In this document: positions 28,130 through 37,311 of the stretch, piece by piece
How positions within the stretch are numbered: position 1 is the stretch's first letter
Layout: every line of letters starts with the position of its first letter
NCBI GenBank assembly: GCA_044326465.1
Contig: JBIRBD010000003.1
Coordinates: 1 to 37,413, forward strand
Length of the DNA: 37,413 nt
DNA from: Chthoniobacterales bacterium
GTDB taxonomy: Bacteria; Verrucomicrobiota; Verrucomicrobiia; Chthoniobacterales; UBA6821
Reading direction: 5' to 3'
Program-made: the position numbers and the translations under genes
The notes under the pieces: generated by a model
What the model was told of the DNA's origin: nothing
What the model saw: only the letters and a program-made list of their open reading frames with translations
Databases searched by the model: none

Positions 28130-29377
28130 ATGTACGATCGCAGAGTTGTTATCACAGGCCTTGGTGTGGTGAGTCCCCTTGGGAGTGACCTTAACACTTT
28201 TTGGACAAACCTCACCGAAGGTCGTAGCGGCATTCGGCGCTATGAGGCTTTTGACCCGGAAGGGTTTGATTGCAAAATAGCTGGTGAGGTTAAAGACATT
28301 GATCCGACAACTTTTTTTAAATCCTCCAAAGAATCACGCCGAGCTGATCGCTATGCCCAACTCGCTATGGCTGGCGCAAAAATGGCGATTGCGGATGCAA
28401 ACCTGGATGTTCCTGGTATTGACCGTGATCGCGTTGGCGTCATGATCGGAAGTGGTATTGGTGGGCTTCAGAGCATGGAAGTAGAAACCAAGCGCCTTTA
28501 TGAAAAAGGGCCATCACGCGTTTCTCCGTTCACAATAGCCATGATGATTAGCAATATGGCGAGTGGCCTGGTCTCCATGGAATTTGGATTTCGTGGGCCG
28601 AATATGTCGATTGTGACAGCCTGTGCAACCTCTAATAATTCGATTGGTGAGGCGTGGCGCATTATTAAATTTGGTGATGCTGATGTCTTCGTTGCTGGTG
28701 GTGCTGAAGGAACGCTTTCGCCATTAGGAATAGCTGGCTTTGCATCAATGAAGGCTCTTAGCACGCGCAATGATGAACCTGAGAAAGCTTCACGTCCTTT
28801 TGATCGTGATCGCGATGGATTTGTCATGGGTGAAGGAGCGGGTGTTCTGGTCATAGAAGAACTTGAACATGCTAAACGCCGTGGTGCGCAGATTTATTGT
28901 GAGCTCGTTGGCTACGGAGTAAGTGCTGATGCCTATCACATGACCGCACCATTGCCAGAAGGCGAAGGCGCCAGTCTTTGTATGAAGATGGCCTTGCGTC
29001 ATGCTAAAGCCAATGTCGAAGATGTTAATTACATCAATGCTCACGGCACATCAACACCCGTGGGGGATCTTTGCGAAACCAAAGCCATTAAACATGCCTT
29101 TGGTGAACAGGCTTACAAAATTCCTGTCAGTTCTACGAAATCAATGACGGGTCATCTTCTTGGTGCTGCCGGTGGTATTGAGATGGCTGTTTGTGCACTT
29201 TCCATCAAGCATGGAATTATTCCACCGACGATTAATTTAGATAATCCTGATCCAGAGTGTGACCTTGATTATGTTCCAAATGTGGCTCGTGAAGCCAAAG
29301 TCCGTATGGCGATGAGTAACTCCTTTGGATTTGGTGGGCATAATGCAACGCTCATTGGAAAAGAGTTTTTGGGGTAG
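28130..29377 (+). CDS. fabF: 3-oxoacyl-ACP synthase II
   Basis: RRVVITGLG, TACAT, SRPFD.DRDGFVMGEG, NAHGTST, KSMTGHLLGAAG, NSFGFGGHN. Start likely ATG 28130. Confidence 0.97.
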   Translation: MYDRRVVITGLGVVSPLGSDLNTFWTNLTEGRSGIRRYEAFDPEGFDCKIAGEVKDIDPTTFFKSSKESRRADRYAQLAMAGAKMAIADANLDVPGIDRDRVGVMIGSGIGGLQSMEVETKRLYEKGPSRVSPFTIAMMISNMASGLVSMEFGFRGPNMSIVTACATSNNSIGEAWRIIKFGDADVFVAGGAEGTLSPLGIAGFASMKALSTRNDEPEKASRPFDRDRDGFVMGEGAGVLVIEELEHAKRRGAQIYCELVGYGVSADAYHMTAPLPEGEGASLCMKMALRHAKANVEDVNYINAHGTSTPVGDLCETKAIKHAFGEQAYKIPVSSTKSMTGHLLGAAGGIEMAVCALSIKHGIIPPTINLDNPDPECDLDYVPNVAREAKVRMAMSNSFGFGGHNATLIGKEFLG

Positions 29378-29434
29378 AGTATAGGTCCCCGTTCCCATGA
29401 ACGGCTGTCAAAAAGAGAATCGTATCCGTTCACA

Positions 29435-29552
29435 CAATGCCTTCAACTTAAGGAATTAAGTGACGGCAAGGGGTTCAGGTGACAGGTAAGTAAGCCTGCG
29501 GCAAAATGAACAAAATTTATTCGACGGATTTTGTCTTAAGTTGACGGCATTG
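29435..29552. mobile_element. 118-bp IS4-type MITE with 18-bp TIRs and 10-bp target-site duplication
   Basis: TIRs CAATGCCTTCAACTTAAG / CTTAAGTTGACGGCATTG (17/18); direct repeat TCCGTTCACA at 29425-29434 and 29553-29562. Confidence 0.9.
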
Positions 29553-29730
29553 TCCGTTCACATGAACGGATCAGTAAAGAGTAAAGAGTAAAGAGTGTTT
29601 TTAGTCTGAAATTAGATTCACTATTTAAAATCCAGTCTCATACGATCCCTTTTTAGAAAACAAGTAATAGAAAATTTTGTTTTCGCACTCTTTACCCTTC
29701 GCAACCGTTCTGCTGAACGGTTACAGAGAA

Positions 29731-30453
29731 TCAAACTTCTTCACGGTGTGTTAAGGCTTTGAAAGCCTCTTCAAATAAAGACATATTCGTTTGTTTTTTT
29801 AGCTCATCGGGTGTTCCTATTGCGATCATACGACCATGATGAAGAATAATTACGCGATGACAGAGCATCTCAACTTCTTCGAGCAGATGAGTGGAAAGCA
29901 AAACCGTATGGCGTTTTGAGAGTCCTTTAATTAGGTCGCGAATTTTGCGGAGCTGATTAGGATCAAGCCCGATCGTTGGTTCATCGAGAATCAGAAAATC
30001 AGGCTCGTTGACCAAGGCATCAGCGAGCCCTACTCGCTGCCAATAGCCCTTGGAAAGTGTACGGATCAAAAATTTTTCAACAGAACGAAGGTTGCAGAGG
30101 TCGAGAATATCGATCACTTTTTCTTCAATGCGTCGCGCTGGGACCCCTTTGAGTGCTGCTCGGTAGCGGATATATTCACCAACACGCATTTCAGGATAGA
30201 GGGGAATATGTTCTGGCAGATATCCAAGGCGTCGACGAATTTCGAGTGAATCCTTGAAAAGGTCAAGACCATCAATGGTCACACTGCCGGATGTCGCTGA
30301 GAGATAACCAGCAAGAATGCGAAGTAGTGTTGTTTTTCCTGCACCATTCGCTCCCAAAATTCCAACGATCTCACCTTTGTTGACGTTGAAAGAAAGATCA
30401 TGCAACACTTCGATGCGATCATAGCTTTTGCAGAGTGATTGGATGTGGATCAT
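29731..30453 (-). CDS. ABC-2 type transporter ATP-binding subunit (GldA-like)
   Basis: GANGAGKTT, LSKGYWQRVGLA, ILDEPTIGLDP, LSTH. Confidence 0.93.
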   Translation of the reverse strand: MIHIQSLCKSYDRIEVLHDLSFNVNKGEIVGILGANGAGKTTLLRILAGYLSATSGSVTIDGLDLFKDSLEIRRRLGYLPEHIPLYPEMRVGEYIRYRAALKGVPARRIEEKVIDILDLCNLRSVEKFLIRTLSKGYWQRVGLADALVNEPDFLILDEPTIGLDPNQLRKIRDLIKGLSKRHTVLLSTHLLEEVEMLCHRVIILHHGRMIAIGTPDELKKQTNMSLFEEAFKALTHREEV

Positions 30454-30463
30454 TTAACAGGTT

Positions 30464-30668
30464 GTAATTGCTTATCTCCTTCTGGTAAAGAAGACGAGCA
30501 AGAAGTTGTTGGTTGTTTTTGTTCAAAAAATTTATTTTTTAAAAATCCTATTTTATCAGCTTCTTTGTGGAACGCTTCTTTTTTAGCAGCTAAGAAAAAA
30601 GTTATTTCTTCACTATCAACCGAGAACCAATAACCATTGTTTATCTCCAGAAGGAGATGAGCAATTAC
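30464..30668. repeat. ~205-bp dispersed composite element, copy 2
   Basis: Terminal IR GTAATTGCTTATCTCCTTCTGG / CCAGAAGGAGATGAGCAATTAC (21/22); matches 8451-8661. Confidence 0.92.
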
Positions 30669-30704
30669 TCAGCCTGCAGCCTTTTAACATCTGCTTCGTA
30701 GAAG

Positions 30705-31730
30705 TTAGTACGCCGCCTGAGGGCCCGTAGTATTTTTTTTCTTTAGCCATGGCATAGTGCCGCGGAGGCGCTTGCCAACAGCTTCGATCGGATGCTTCTC
30801 GCCAGCTTTGAGAAGAGCATGATAGTTTTTTTTGCCTGCTTTATCTTCAGCAATCCACTCTTTTGCAAATTTTCCTGATTGAATGTTTTTCAAGGCAGTC
30901 TTCATTTTTTTCTTCACGGAGGCATCAATGATTTTTGGGCCAACTATGACGTCACCATATTTTGCCGTCTCAGAAATAGAGAAGCGCATCCCGCCAATAC
31001 CTGATTCATTGATCAAATCAACCGTCAACTTGAGTTCATGTAATACCTCAAAGTAAGCCATTTCAGGTTGGTAGCCAGCCTCAACGAGTGTCTCAAAGCC
31101 AGCTTGAATCATAGCGCTGATACCACCGCAGAGAATAGTCTGTTCGCCGAAAAGATCAGTTTCGGTTTCTTCTTGGAAGGTTGTTTGAAAAACGCCACCA
31201 CGTGTAGCGCCAATTCCTTTGGCCCAAGCAAGCGCTATTTTTTTAGAATTTCTAGAAGGATCGTGATGAATGGCAATGAGTGCAGGAACACCTTTGCCTT
31301 CGATGTATTGACGGCGAACAATATGTCCAGGTCCTTTCGAGGCCACCATGATGACGTTGACATCGTTAGTTGGAGTGATTGTTTTGTAATGAATTGCAAA
31401 ACCGTGACTCAGGAGGAGGGTTTTTCCTTCACTCAAATGAGGCGCGATATCTTTTTCAAAGACGGCTGGAATTTTTAAATCAGGAACCGCGATAAAAATA
31501 ATATCAGCTCTTTTTACAGCTTCTGCTGTGTTAAATACCTTAAAACCTAGCTTTGTAGCAACTGCACGGCTTTTGCTTTTTGGGTAAAGTCCGATGATGA
31601 CGTTAACGCCGCTATCCTTGAGGTTGAGGGCATGAGCGTGACCTTGTGAACCAAAGCCAATGACGGCACATATTTTATTCTTTAGATTGTTGAGGTCCGC
31701 GTCTTTGTCGGTGTATATTTTTGCGGGCAT
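30705..31730 (-). CDS. ilvC: Ketol-acid reductoisomerase
   Basis: IGFGSQGHAHALNLKDSG, KGPGH.VR, EETETDLFGEQ..LCGG, AYFE.LHE.KL, SISETA.YG. Confidence 0.97.
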   Translation of the reverse strand: MPAKIYTDKDADLNNLKNKICAVIGFGSQGHAHALNLKDSGVNVIIGLYPKSKSRAVATKLGFKVFNTAEAVKRADIIFIAVPDLKIPAVFEKDIAPHLSEGKTLLLSHGFAIHYKTITPTNDVNVIMVASKGPGHIVRRQYIEGKGVPALIAIHHDPSRNSKKIALAWAKGIGATRGGVFQTTFQEETETDLFGEQTILCGGISAMIQAGFETLVEAGYQPEMAYFEVLHELKLTVDLINESGIGGMRFSISETAKYGDVIVGPKIIDASVKKKMKTALKNIQSGKFAKEWIAEDKAGKKNYHALLKAGEKHPIEAVGKRLRGTMPWLKKKNTTGPQAAY

Positions 31731-31783
31731 AGGATAGGAGATGGGAGATGGGGCAGTTTGCTGCTACTGGAACATTTTATTTT

Positions 31784-32935
31784 TTAAAACATTCGTAGTT
31801 TCGTAATTACTCGTGGAATAATTTCTAAAGCGCGATTAATTTCAGCTTCTGTCGTAAAGCAGCCTAAAGAAAATCGCAGGCTTGCGCGGGCCTCTGCAGG
31901 AGATAGGCCCATGGCCGTAAGAACATGCGATGGATTTTTTGAACCGCTACTGCAGGCTGATCCTATTGAGCAACAGAGGCCTTCTTGATCCAAGAGCATT
32001 AGAGCGCTTTCTGCTTCGATGCCATGGAAAGTAAGATTGCTTGTGTTAACCAGACGGTATTCTAATTTTCCATTTCTCTGGACGTCAACAAGGTCGTTGA
32101 GGAGTGATTGTTCAAAATAATCACGGAGTGCTGCCTGGCGAGGTATTTCACCTGCAAGCCGTTCGGAGGCACGTTGGCAGGCCTCTCCTAGCCCAACAAT
32201 AGAAGCAACGTTCTCTGTTCCTCCGCGACGACGTTCTTCTTGGTGACCACGCAGGAGTCGTGTGTAACGAAGGTGACGATGAATATAGAGTGCGCCAACT
32301 CCCTTCGGAGCGCAAATTTTATGCCCTGAAAGTGAGAGATATTGGATTTCTATCGCGCGCAGATTGATAGGAATTTTTCCAACCGCTTGCACTGCATCAA
32401 CGTGAAGAGAGATGTTTTTTTGTTTGGTGATAGCCGCAATTTTTTCTATTGGAAAAATAACGCCGGTTTCATTATTTGCCCAAAGCAACGAAACAAGCGC
32501 GGTTGCAGAAGTGATGGAATTTTCTAGTTCTTCTAGCGAAATATTTCCCTGCGCATCAACGGGAAGATAAGTGATCGTATAACCAAGCTCTTCTAAGTCG
32601 CGAAAAATTGCGATGGAAGCATCATGTTCAACCGCTGAGGTAACGAGGTGACGCTTCGTTGGATCGTCGGCAATAGCAGATAAAATAGCGCTCGTAATGG
32701 CTTCGGTTCCGCCGCTATTAAAAATAATTTCGGAAGGCTGAGCGCCAATCAACCCTGCTACTTGCTCGCGAGCCCGAGTGATGGCTTGCGCAGCCCGTCG
32801 CCCCAGCGCATGAAGACTTGAGGGATTACCAAAGTCAGGCCCTAGAAAAGGAAGCATCGCTTTGCGTGCTGCAGGATCAATCGGTGTTGTGGCGTTGTAA
32901 TCGAGGTAAAGAAGAGGGGCATGTGTTGAATTCAT
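31784..32935 (-). CDS. Cysteine desulfurase (IscS/NifS family)
   Basis: YLDYNATTP, GNPSSLH, ANNETG, DAVQ, SGHK..APKGVG, GSACSS. Confidence 0.95.
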   Translation of the reverse strand: MNSTHAPLLYLDYNATTPIDPAARKAMLPFLGPDFGNPSSLHALGRRAAQAITRAREQVAGLIGAQPSEIIFNSGGTEAITSAILSAIADDPTKRHLVTSAVEHDASIAIFRDLEELGYTITYLPVDAQGNISLEELENSITSATALVSLLWANNETGVIFPIEKIAAITKQKNISLHVDAVQAVGKIPINLRAIEIQYLSLSGHKICAPKGVGALYIHRHLRYTRLLRGHQEERRRGGTENVASIVGLGEACQRASERLAGEIPRQAALRDYFEQSLLNDLVDVQRNGKLEYRLVNTSNLTFHGIEAESALMLLDQEGLCCSIGSACSSGSKNPSHVLTAMGLSPAEARASLRFSLGCFTTEAEINRALEIIPRVITKLRMF

Positions 32936-33486
32936 TTTCCAACAGTAACGACTTCTTGTGAAGAGGTGATCTTTTCTAGTGATGTTGTTGGTGGCAATGG
33001 ATTGCCAATTCCATCCGGATTAAGCGGCGTTGGAGAAACGCGTGGTAGGTTGCCCTCATCATCATTTCCTTTTTCTTTTTCATGAGGATCGCAAAAATGA
33101 TCAAACGCCAAGAAGAGGGATTTGGCATGACGCGCAAAGAAAATATTGAAACAAACAATAGGTGACATAACGAGTGCAATAAGATTCCAAATTGGTAGTT
33201 CGTAATGAGCATCAAGAAAAAGATAAAGTCCAATTCCCAGCAAGCTGCCGACACCATAATTAATGGCCCAGATCGACATCAAAAAATAACCAGGTTCGCG
33301 TTCATAGGCATAACCACAGCGTGGGCAACCATCAAGTGGAGCGAACCAATCATGCAAGGAGCGTGTTTTTTTTAATGGAATAAAAACAGGTGACTTGCCG
33401 CAGGTCGGACAACGAAGCAAGAGCGCACGCCTCAGGTAGAGGCAAGCTTTGCGGAAAGGTGATGATGGGAGAGTATTGTTTTTCAT
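32932..33486 (-). CDS. DUF983-type membrane protein with two CxxC motifs
   Basis: RCPTCG...CPRCG..YEREPGYF followed by two TM helices. Confidence 0.8.
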   Translation of the reverse strand: MKNNTLPSSPFRKACLYLRRALLLRCPTCGKSPVFIPLKKTRSLHDWFAPLDGCPRCGYAYEREPGYFLMSIWAINYGVGSLLGIGLYLFLDAHYELPIWNLIALVMSPIVCFNIFFARHAKSLFLAFDHFCDPHEKEKGNDDEGNLPRVSPTPLNPDGIGNPLPPTTSLEKITSSQEVVTVGK

Positions 33487-33493
33487 TGTTCAA

Positions 33494-34222
33494 CTATTTC
33501 GTCCAAGAACCTCCATGAACAAGCTGGGGATGCCAGCCGGGGGCATCACTATTTGCATAATCCGTTGGCCCTATGGCGCCAATCATTGGTTGGCCAGTGA
33601 GTTTTCGCCAGAGCTTGCTCATGCTTTCACCCGTGTGACATCCCCAACTTTTAATAAAAGCATGTGGGGCAAAAATGGTTGGATCGATTTGATTTAATTC
33701 TTTTTCATGCAGGCAGGCCTTGGATCCAGTATCGATTTGATTGCTATAATCAAACATGAAACAGGCGCGATTAGAATGACCAAAATATTCAAAATTGGCA
33801 ATTTTCATACGATTGCGTGGTTGGCCTGCATTGAGATAATGAATGAATTCTTTTTGTGAATCGAAGGTGACGAGGTGGAGTTTATATTTGTCGCGAACTG
33901 ATTCAATATTAGAGAGAAGATTTTTTTTATCCTGTCGCTCAGCACGTCGTTGATAACTCGGACGAAAAACCATCCATGTGATTAATGCCTGCGAACCCAG
34001 CTCTTCACGCAGTTCTGCAAGTCTGATGCGAGAGGCATGAACAAAATTTGCCCACCAATGATCATGGGGTTTTGTTTTGAATTTTTCCCATTCAATAAGC
34101 GATGGCCCCCCCGTGACGACGATATACTCAGGATCAAAATGTTCTTGCGGCGGAGTTGCTAACGCAGGCTTTAAGAAGAATGAAGAGGCACAAAGAAGGG
34201 AGAGAGCATAAAGAAATTTCAT
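33494..34222 (-). CDS. Secreted hypothetical protein with clan-CD-like His/Cys motifs
   Basis: Signal peptide MKFLYALSLL..PALA; FEYFGHS and IKSWGCHTG. Start 34222 or 34258. Confidence 0.7.
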   Translation of the reverse strand: MKFLYALSLLCASSFFLKPALATPPQEHFDPEYIVVTGGPSLIEWEKFKTKPHDHWWANFVHASRIRLAELREELGSQALITWMVFRPSYQRRAERQDKKNLLSNIESVRDKYKLHLVTFDSQKEFIHYLNAGQPRNRMKIANFEYFGHSNRACFMFDYSNQIDTGSKACLHEKELNQIDPTIFAPHAFIKSWGCHTGESMSKLWRKLTGQPMIGAIGPTDYANSDAPGWHPQLVHGGSWTK

Positions 34223-34282
34223 TTTTTTATCAGTTTTATGAAAAATCCAAATCTTCATTCTACTTGGGTCTAAGGTTAGAAT

Positions 34283-35206
34283 TTATTTAGGATTTTTACA
34301 ACGTCTGACTATTTTTAAGTTCTTGGAGTTATCTCTGGCTAATGGTTTTTTGACCGAGTTTTTTCTCGGAGTCATTACGGCTTTGAGCAATGCTTCAAGT
34401 TCTTGTGGGCGAAGGTCACGATAGCGTGCTTCCGGTAGTCCACGTAACTGCAGAGGTCCAATACGGGTCCGCAGAAGTTTTTTGACCTCAAAGCCTAATT
34501 GACCAAGCATCACCCGGATTTGACGTTTGATACCTTGATGCAAGACGAGTTTAATTTTATATGGTGAAAGTTGATAGACCGATTCCACACGGGCAACGCG
34601 TCCTTCAATCCAAGTTCCTTTTTTTAAAGCAGCCGCATGCTTAGGGGTAAAAACTTGATCGACCGTGACTTCGTATTCTTTATCAATGCCGCGTGAAGGA
34701 TGGAGAATCTCTTGTGCAAAAGAGCCGTCGTTAGTGAGCAAAAGGAGGCCCTCGCTCTCTTTGTCTAAGCGGCCTACATGAAAAAGATTGGAAGCATCAA
34801 TGGGCAAGAGATCAAAAATAGTTTTTTGTGCATGGCGATCAGAGCGCGTGGAAACATAACCAGCGGGCTTGTGAAGTAAGAGGGTACGCGTCGGAGCAAA
34901 ATGAATTTTTTGTCCATTAACACGAACATCATCATCAAGGCAAACCTTCGTTGCAAAGTCGCGACAAAAACTACCGTTAATAGAAACGCGACCCTTGAGA
35001 ATATGTTCTTCGCAAGAGCGACGTGAACCGAGGCCAGCTCTCGCCAAAAAGCGATTAATTCTCCAGGTTGTGTCGGATCGCGACACAGTAGTTGAAGTTT
35101 CTAGTTGAAGTTTCGACTTCTGCGAAGCAGTAGGAATCACTTCGAGATTTTTTAGATTAGGATTTAAAGTTTTCAGAATCAGTTCGTGATTAATGCATTG
35201 TTTCAC
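34283..35206 (-). CDS. rRNA pseudouridine synthase (RsuA/RluB family) with S4 domain
   Basis: RINRFLARAGLGSRR, HKPAGY, VGRLDKESEGLLLLTNDG, RQIRVM. Start may be GTG 35086. Confidence 0.93.
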   Translation of the reverse strand: MKQCINHELILKTLNPNLKNLEVIPTASQKSKLQLETSTTVSRSDTTWRINRFLARAGLGSRRSCEEHILKGRVSINGSFCRDFATKVCLDDDVRVNGQKIHFAPTRTLLLHKPAGYVSTRSDRHAQKTIFDLLPIDASNLFHVGRLDKESEGLLLLTNDGSFAQEILHPSRGIDKEYEVTVDQVFTPKHAAALKKGTWIEGRVARVESVYQLSPYKIKLVLHQGIKRQIRVMLGQLGFEVKKLLRTRIGPLQLRGLPEARYRDLRPQELEALLKAVMTPRKNSVKKPLARDNSKNLKIVRRCKNPK

Positions 35207-35321
35207 GATAGTTGAAGTTTTAATCTCTAAGTTTTTTTCTGTACTTCAACTTAAACTTCTAACTTCAACCGTTGTTTTACCTTGATTCAGTTTCTTCGCA
35301 GCTAAATCAAATCAAAACAGG

Positions 35322-35477
35322 TTACGCGTCTGGCTTTGTTTTTGGCAGGCCTATTACGCGTTGACCAGGTTTCCACTGGTCGCGTTTTTTCAATAGCTCG
35401 ACGCGCTCAAAACGTTTTAACACGCTTCGTTTCGCAATAATGGCACCGGAACCTTTAAGACTAGGATGTTGACTCAT
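35322..35477 (-). CDS. PVC-superphylum signature small basic protein (51 aa, absent from ORF track)
   Basis: Hand translation MSQHPSLKGSGAIIAKRSVLKRFERVELLKKRDQWKPGQRVIGLPKTKPDA*; MS.H.SL...R.VL.R.ER..L...W....GLPK pattern. Confidence 0.9.
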   Translation of the reverse strand: MSQHPSLKGSGAIIAKRSVLKRFERVELLKKRDQWKPGQRVIGLPKTKPDA

Positions 35478-35585
35478 GGGGGAAGGATGGTGGCAAAACG
35501 GGAATAAAAAGACAACTAAAAAAAGTTGGGAGGTTTTTCAAACCAGCAAAAGCCTTTAGAAAGCATCTCGCCATTTCTACCTGGA

Positions 35586-35610
35586 CGTCATTCCCGCGAA
35601 GGCGGGAAAC
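35586..35610. repeat. CGTC-tagged REP/dRS3-like palindrome
   Basis: CGTCATTCCCGC-GAAG-GCGGGAAAC. Confidence 0.75.
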
Positions 35611-35667
35611 CGTGCACCAAAGAACTTAGCTTTGTTCCCAAAACAATAGATTCATCGCACAAACTTT

Positions 35668-35895
35668 CTAAAATAATGTATTATATAAATCTTCTAACGT
35701 TGGTTTAACTTGCTGAATGAGTGTTGTTTTCCATAAACGCCGCCATCTTTTGATAGCGCGCTCTCTAGCAAAGACTGTTGAAAAAATTTCATAAAATTCA
35801 AAATAAACAAGTCGATGCACTTGGTATCTTTTTGTAAAACCTTCTCGCAGGTCTTCTCGATGGCACCACCTACAACCAGTCAGTAAAGGAGGCAA
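35668..35895 (-). pseudogene. GIY-YIG endonuclease remnant (C-terminal part)
   Basis: HRE.L.EGFTKRY.V.RLVYFE...A.ER.IKRWRR.WK..LI...P..EDLY; the N-terminal GIY/YIG motifs are missing from this frame. Confidence 0.8.
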
Positions 35896-36010
35896 AACTT
35901 GAGTTGGCTGGTCTAGCTACACTTAGTTATAATGTAATAACCTTATATTGAACGGTTAAAAAGCAATCGCCTGTAAATCTTTCACTATTTAATAAGGATC
36001 GTATTCAACT

Positions 36011-37311
36011 CACAACTGTCCGGTTAAAAGCATTTAAATTCATTGTTAGTACTTGAAAATAAAATTATTTTAAAGAAAAAAAGGTGTGAGGGATTTGAAG
36101 TTTAAAACGGTACAAACCATGCTGGCGGCCTATGAATTCAGGCCGTCATGTTCTTTCTCAAATTGTAAATTTTGTTCATTGGGAAAAATTGAAACGTCTC
36201 GCAAGACGCTATGAACCGAATCAAAAAATAAAACACTTCGGATTTCGACAGCAATTTATTTGCATGGTCTTTGCACAGCTGACCAGGAGAGAAGGATTGC
36301 GTGATATCGAGACATGCTTCAATGCAAGACCAGAATGCCTGTACCATCTTGGATTTGAAAAACCTATCGCACGATCAACACTTGCAGAAGCTAATGAGCA
36401 GAGAGATTGGCGTATATGGCAGGACTTGGGACTATGGCTTATTGCAAAAGCTCGTAAGCTTTATGAATCTGAAGATATTGGTCTAGAGTTAGATAACAGC
36501 ATTTATGCCTTAGATTCAACAACCATAGATCTCTGTTTAAAACTTTTTCCATGGGCAGATTTTCGTTCCACCAAAGCAGGCATAAAAATGCATACACAAC
36601 TTGATCTGCGTGGCTCTATTCCCAGCGTTATTGACATTCCCGCCAAAAAAGCTGATGTAAAATGGCTTGATGATCTCATTTTTGAAGCAGGTTCTTTCTA
36701 CATTATGGACCGTGGTTATATCGACTTCGAAAGACTTTTTATGATTGCTAAAGCTCAAGCCTTTTTTGTAACTCGCGCTAAGGATAAGTTGCGCTTCACT
36801 CGTCACTACTCCACTCCAACAGATGGTTCTACGGGAATTCGTAGCGATCAAGTAGGTAAATTCACCCTTCCAAAAGCTCGCCAAGACCATCCAATCCAGC
36901 TACGTAGAATCAGATTTTATGATGACGAAAACAAACGTTATTTTATCTTCCTTACCAATAACTTGGAACTTCCTGCAGAAATTATTGCCAAGCTCTATAA
37001 GATGCGTTGGAGTGTTGAGCTTTTTTTCAAATGGATAAAGCAGAACCTACGAATTAAGCATTTTTATGGCAATAGTCTCAACGCTGTAAAAACTCAAATC
37101 TGGATCTCTATTACAACTTACGTCATCATTACCATCCTTCATAAAGAGCTCAAATTACCTGGAAATTTACACAGAACCTTGCAACTTTTGAGCGTTCACC
37201 CATTTGGAAAGATTGCTATTGATCAACTGCTTACAAAAAGAGGCTTTAAAAATGACGATAGGTCAAGTTGTAACCAGCTTATATTAAATGGCTTTTAACC
37301 GGACAGTTGTG
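36011..37311 (+). mobile_element. Complete IS4-family insertion sequence (1301 bp)
   Basis: Perfect 21-bp TIR CACAACTGTCCGGTTAAAAGC (36011-36031) / GCTTTTAACCGGACAGTTGTG (37291-37311); only a possible CT duplication flanks it. Confidence 0.93.
36132..37298 (+). CDS. IS4-family DDE transposase (DUF4372-type N-terminus)
   Basis: FAQLT..EGLRDIE, ALDSTTI, MDRGY, YKMRWSVELFFKWIKQ (YREK-like). Confidence 0.95.
   Translation: MNSGRHVLSQIVNFVHWEKLKRLARRYEPNQKIKHFGFRQQFICMVFAQLTRREGLRDIETCFNARPECLYHLGFEKPIARSTLAEANEQRDWRIWQDLGLWLIAKARKLYESEDIGLELDNSIYALDSTTIDLCLKLFPWADFRSTKAGIKMHTQLDLRGSIPSVIDIPAKKADVKWLDDLIFEAGSFYIMDRGYIDFERLFMIAKAQAFFVTRAKDKLRFTRHYSTPTDGSTGIRSDQVGKFTLPKARQDHPIQLRRIRFYDDENKRYFIFLTNNLELPAEIIAKLYKMRWSVELFFKWIKQNLRIKHFYGNSLNAVKTQIWISITTYVIITILHKELKLPGNLHRTLQLLSVHPFGKIAIDQLLTKRGFKNDDRSSCNQLILNGF

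Noticed and set aside
30439-30633. 64-aa ORF on + strand
   Set aside because: It is a translation of the ~205-bp repeat; the frame is broken in the other copy.
35663-35691. ACTTTCTAAAA-TAATGTA-TTATATAAATC resembles a dif site
   Set aside because: The spacer is 7 rather than 6 bp, the DNA is AT-rich, and it overlaps the last codons of the GIY-YIG remnant; chance is likely.
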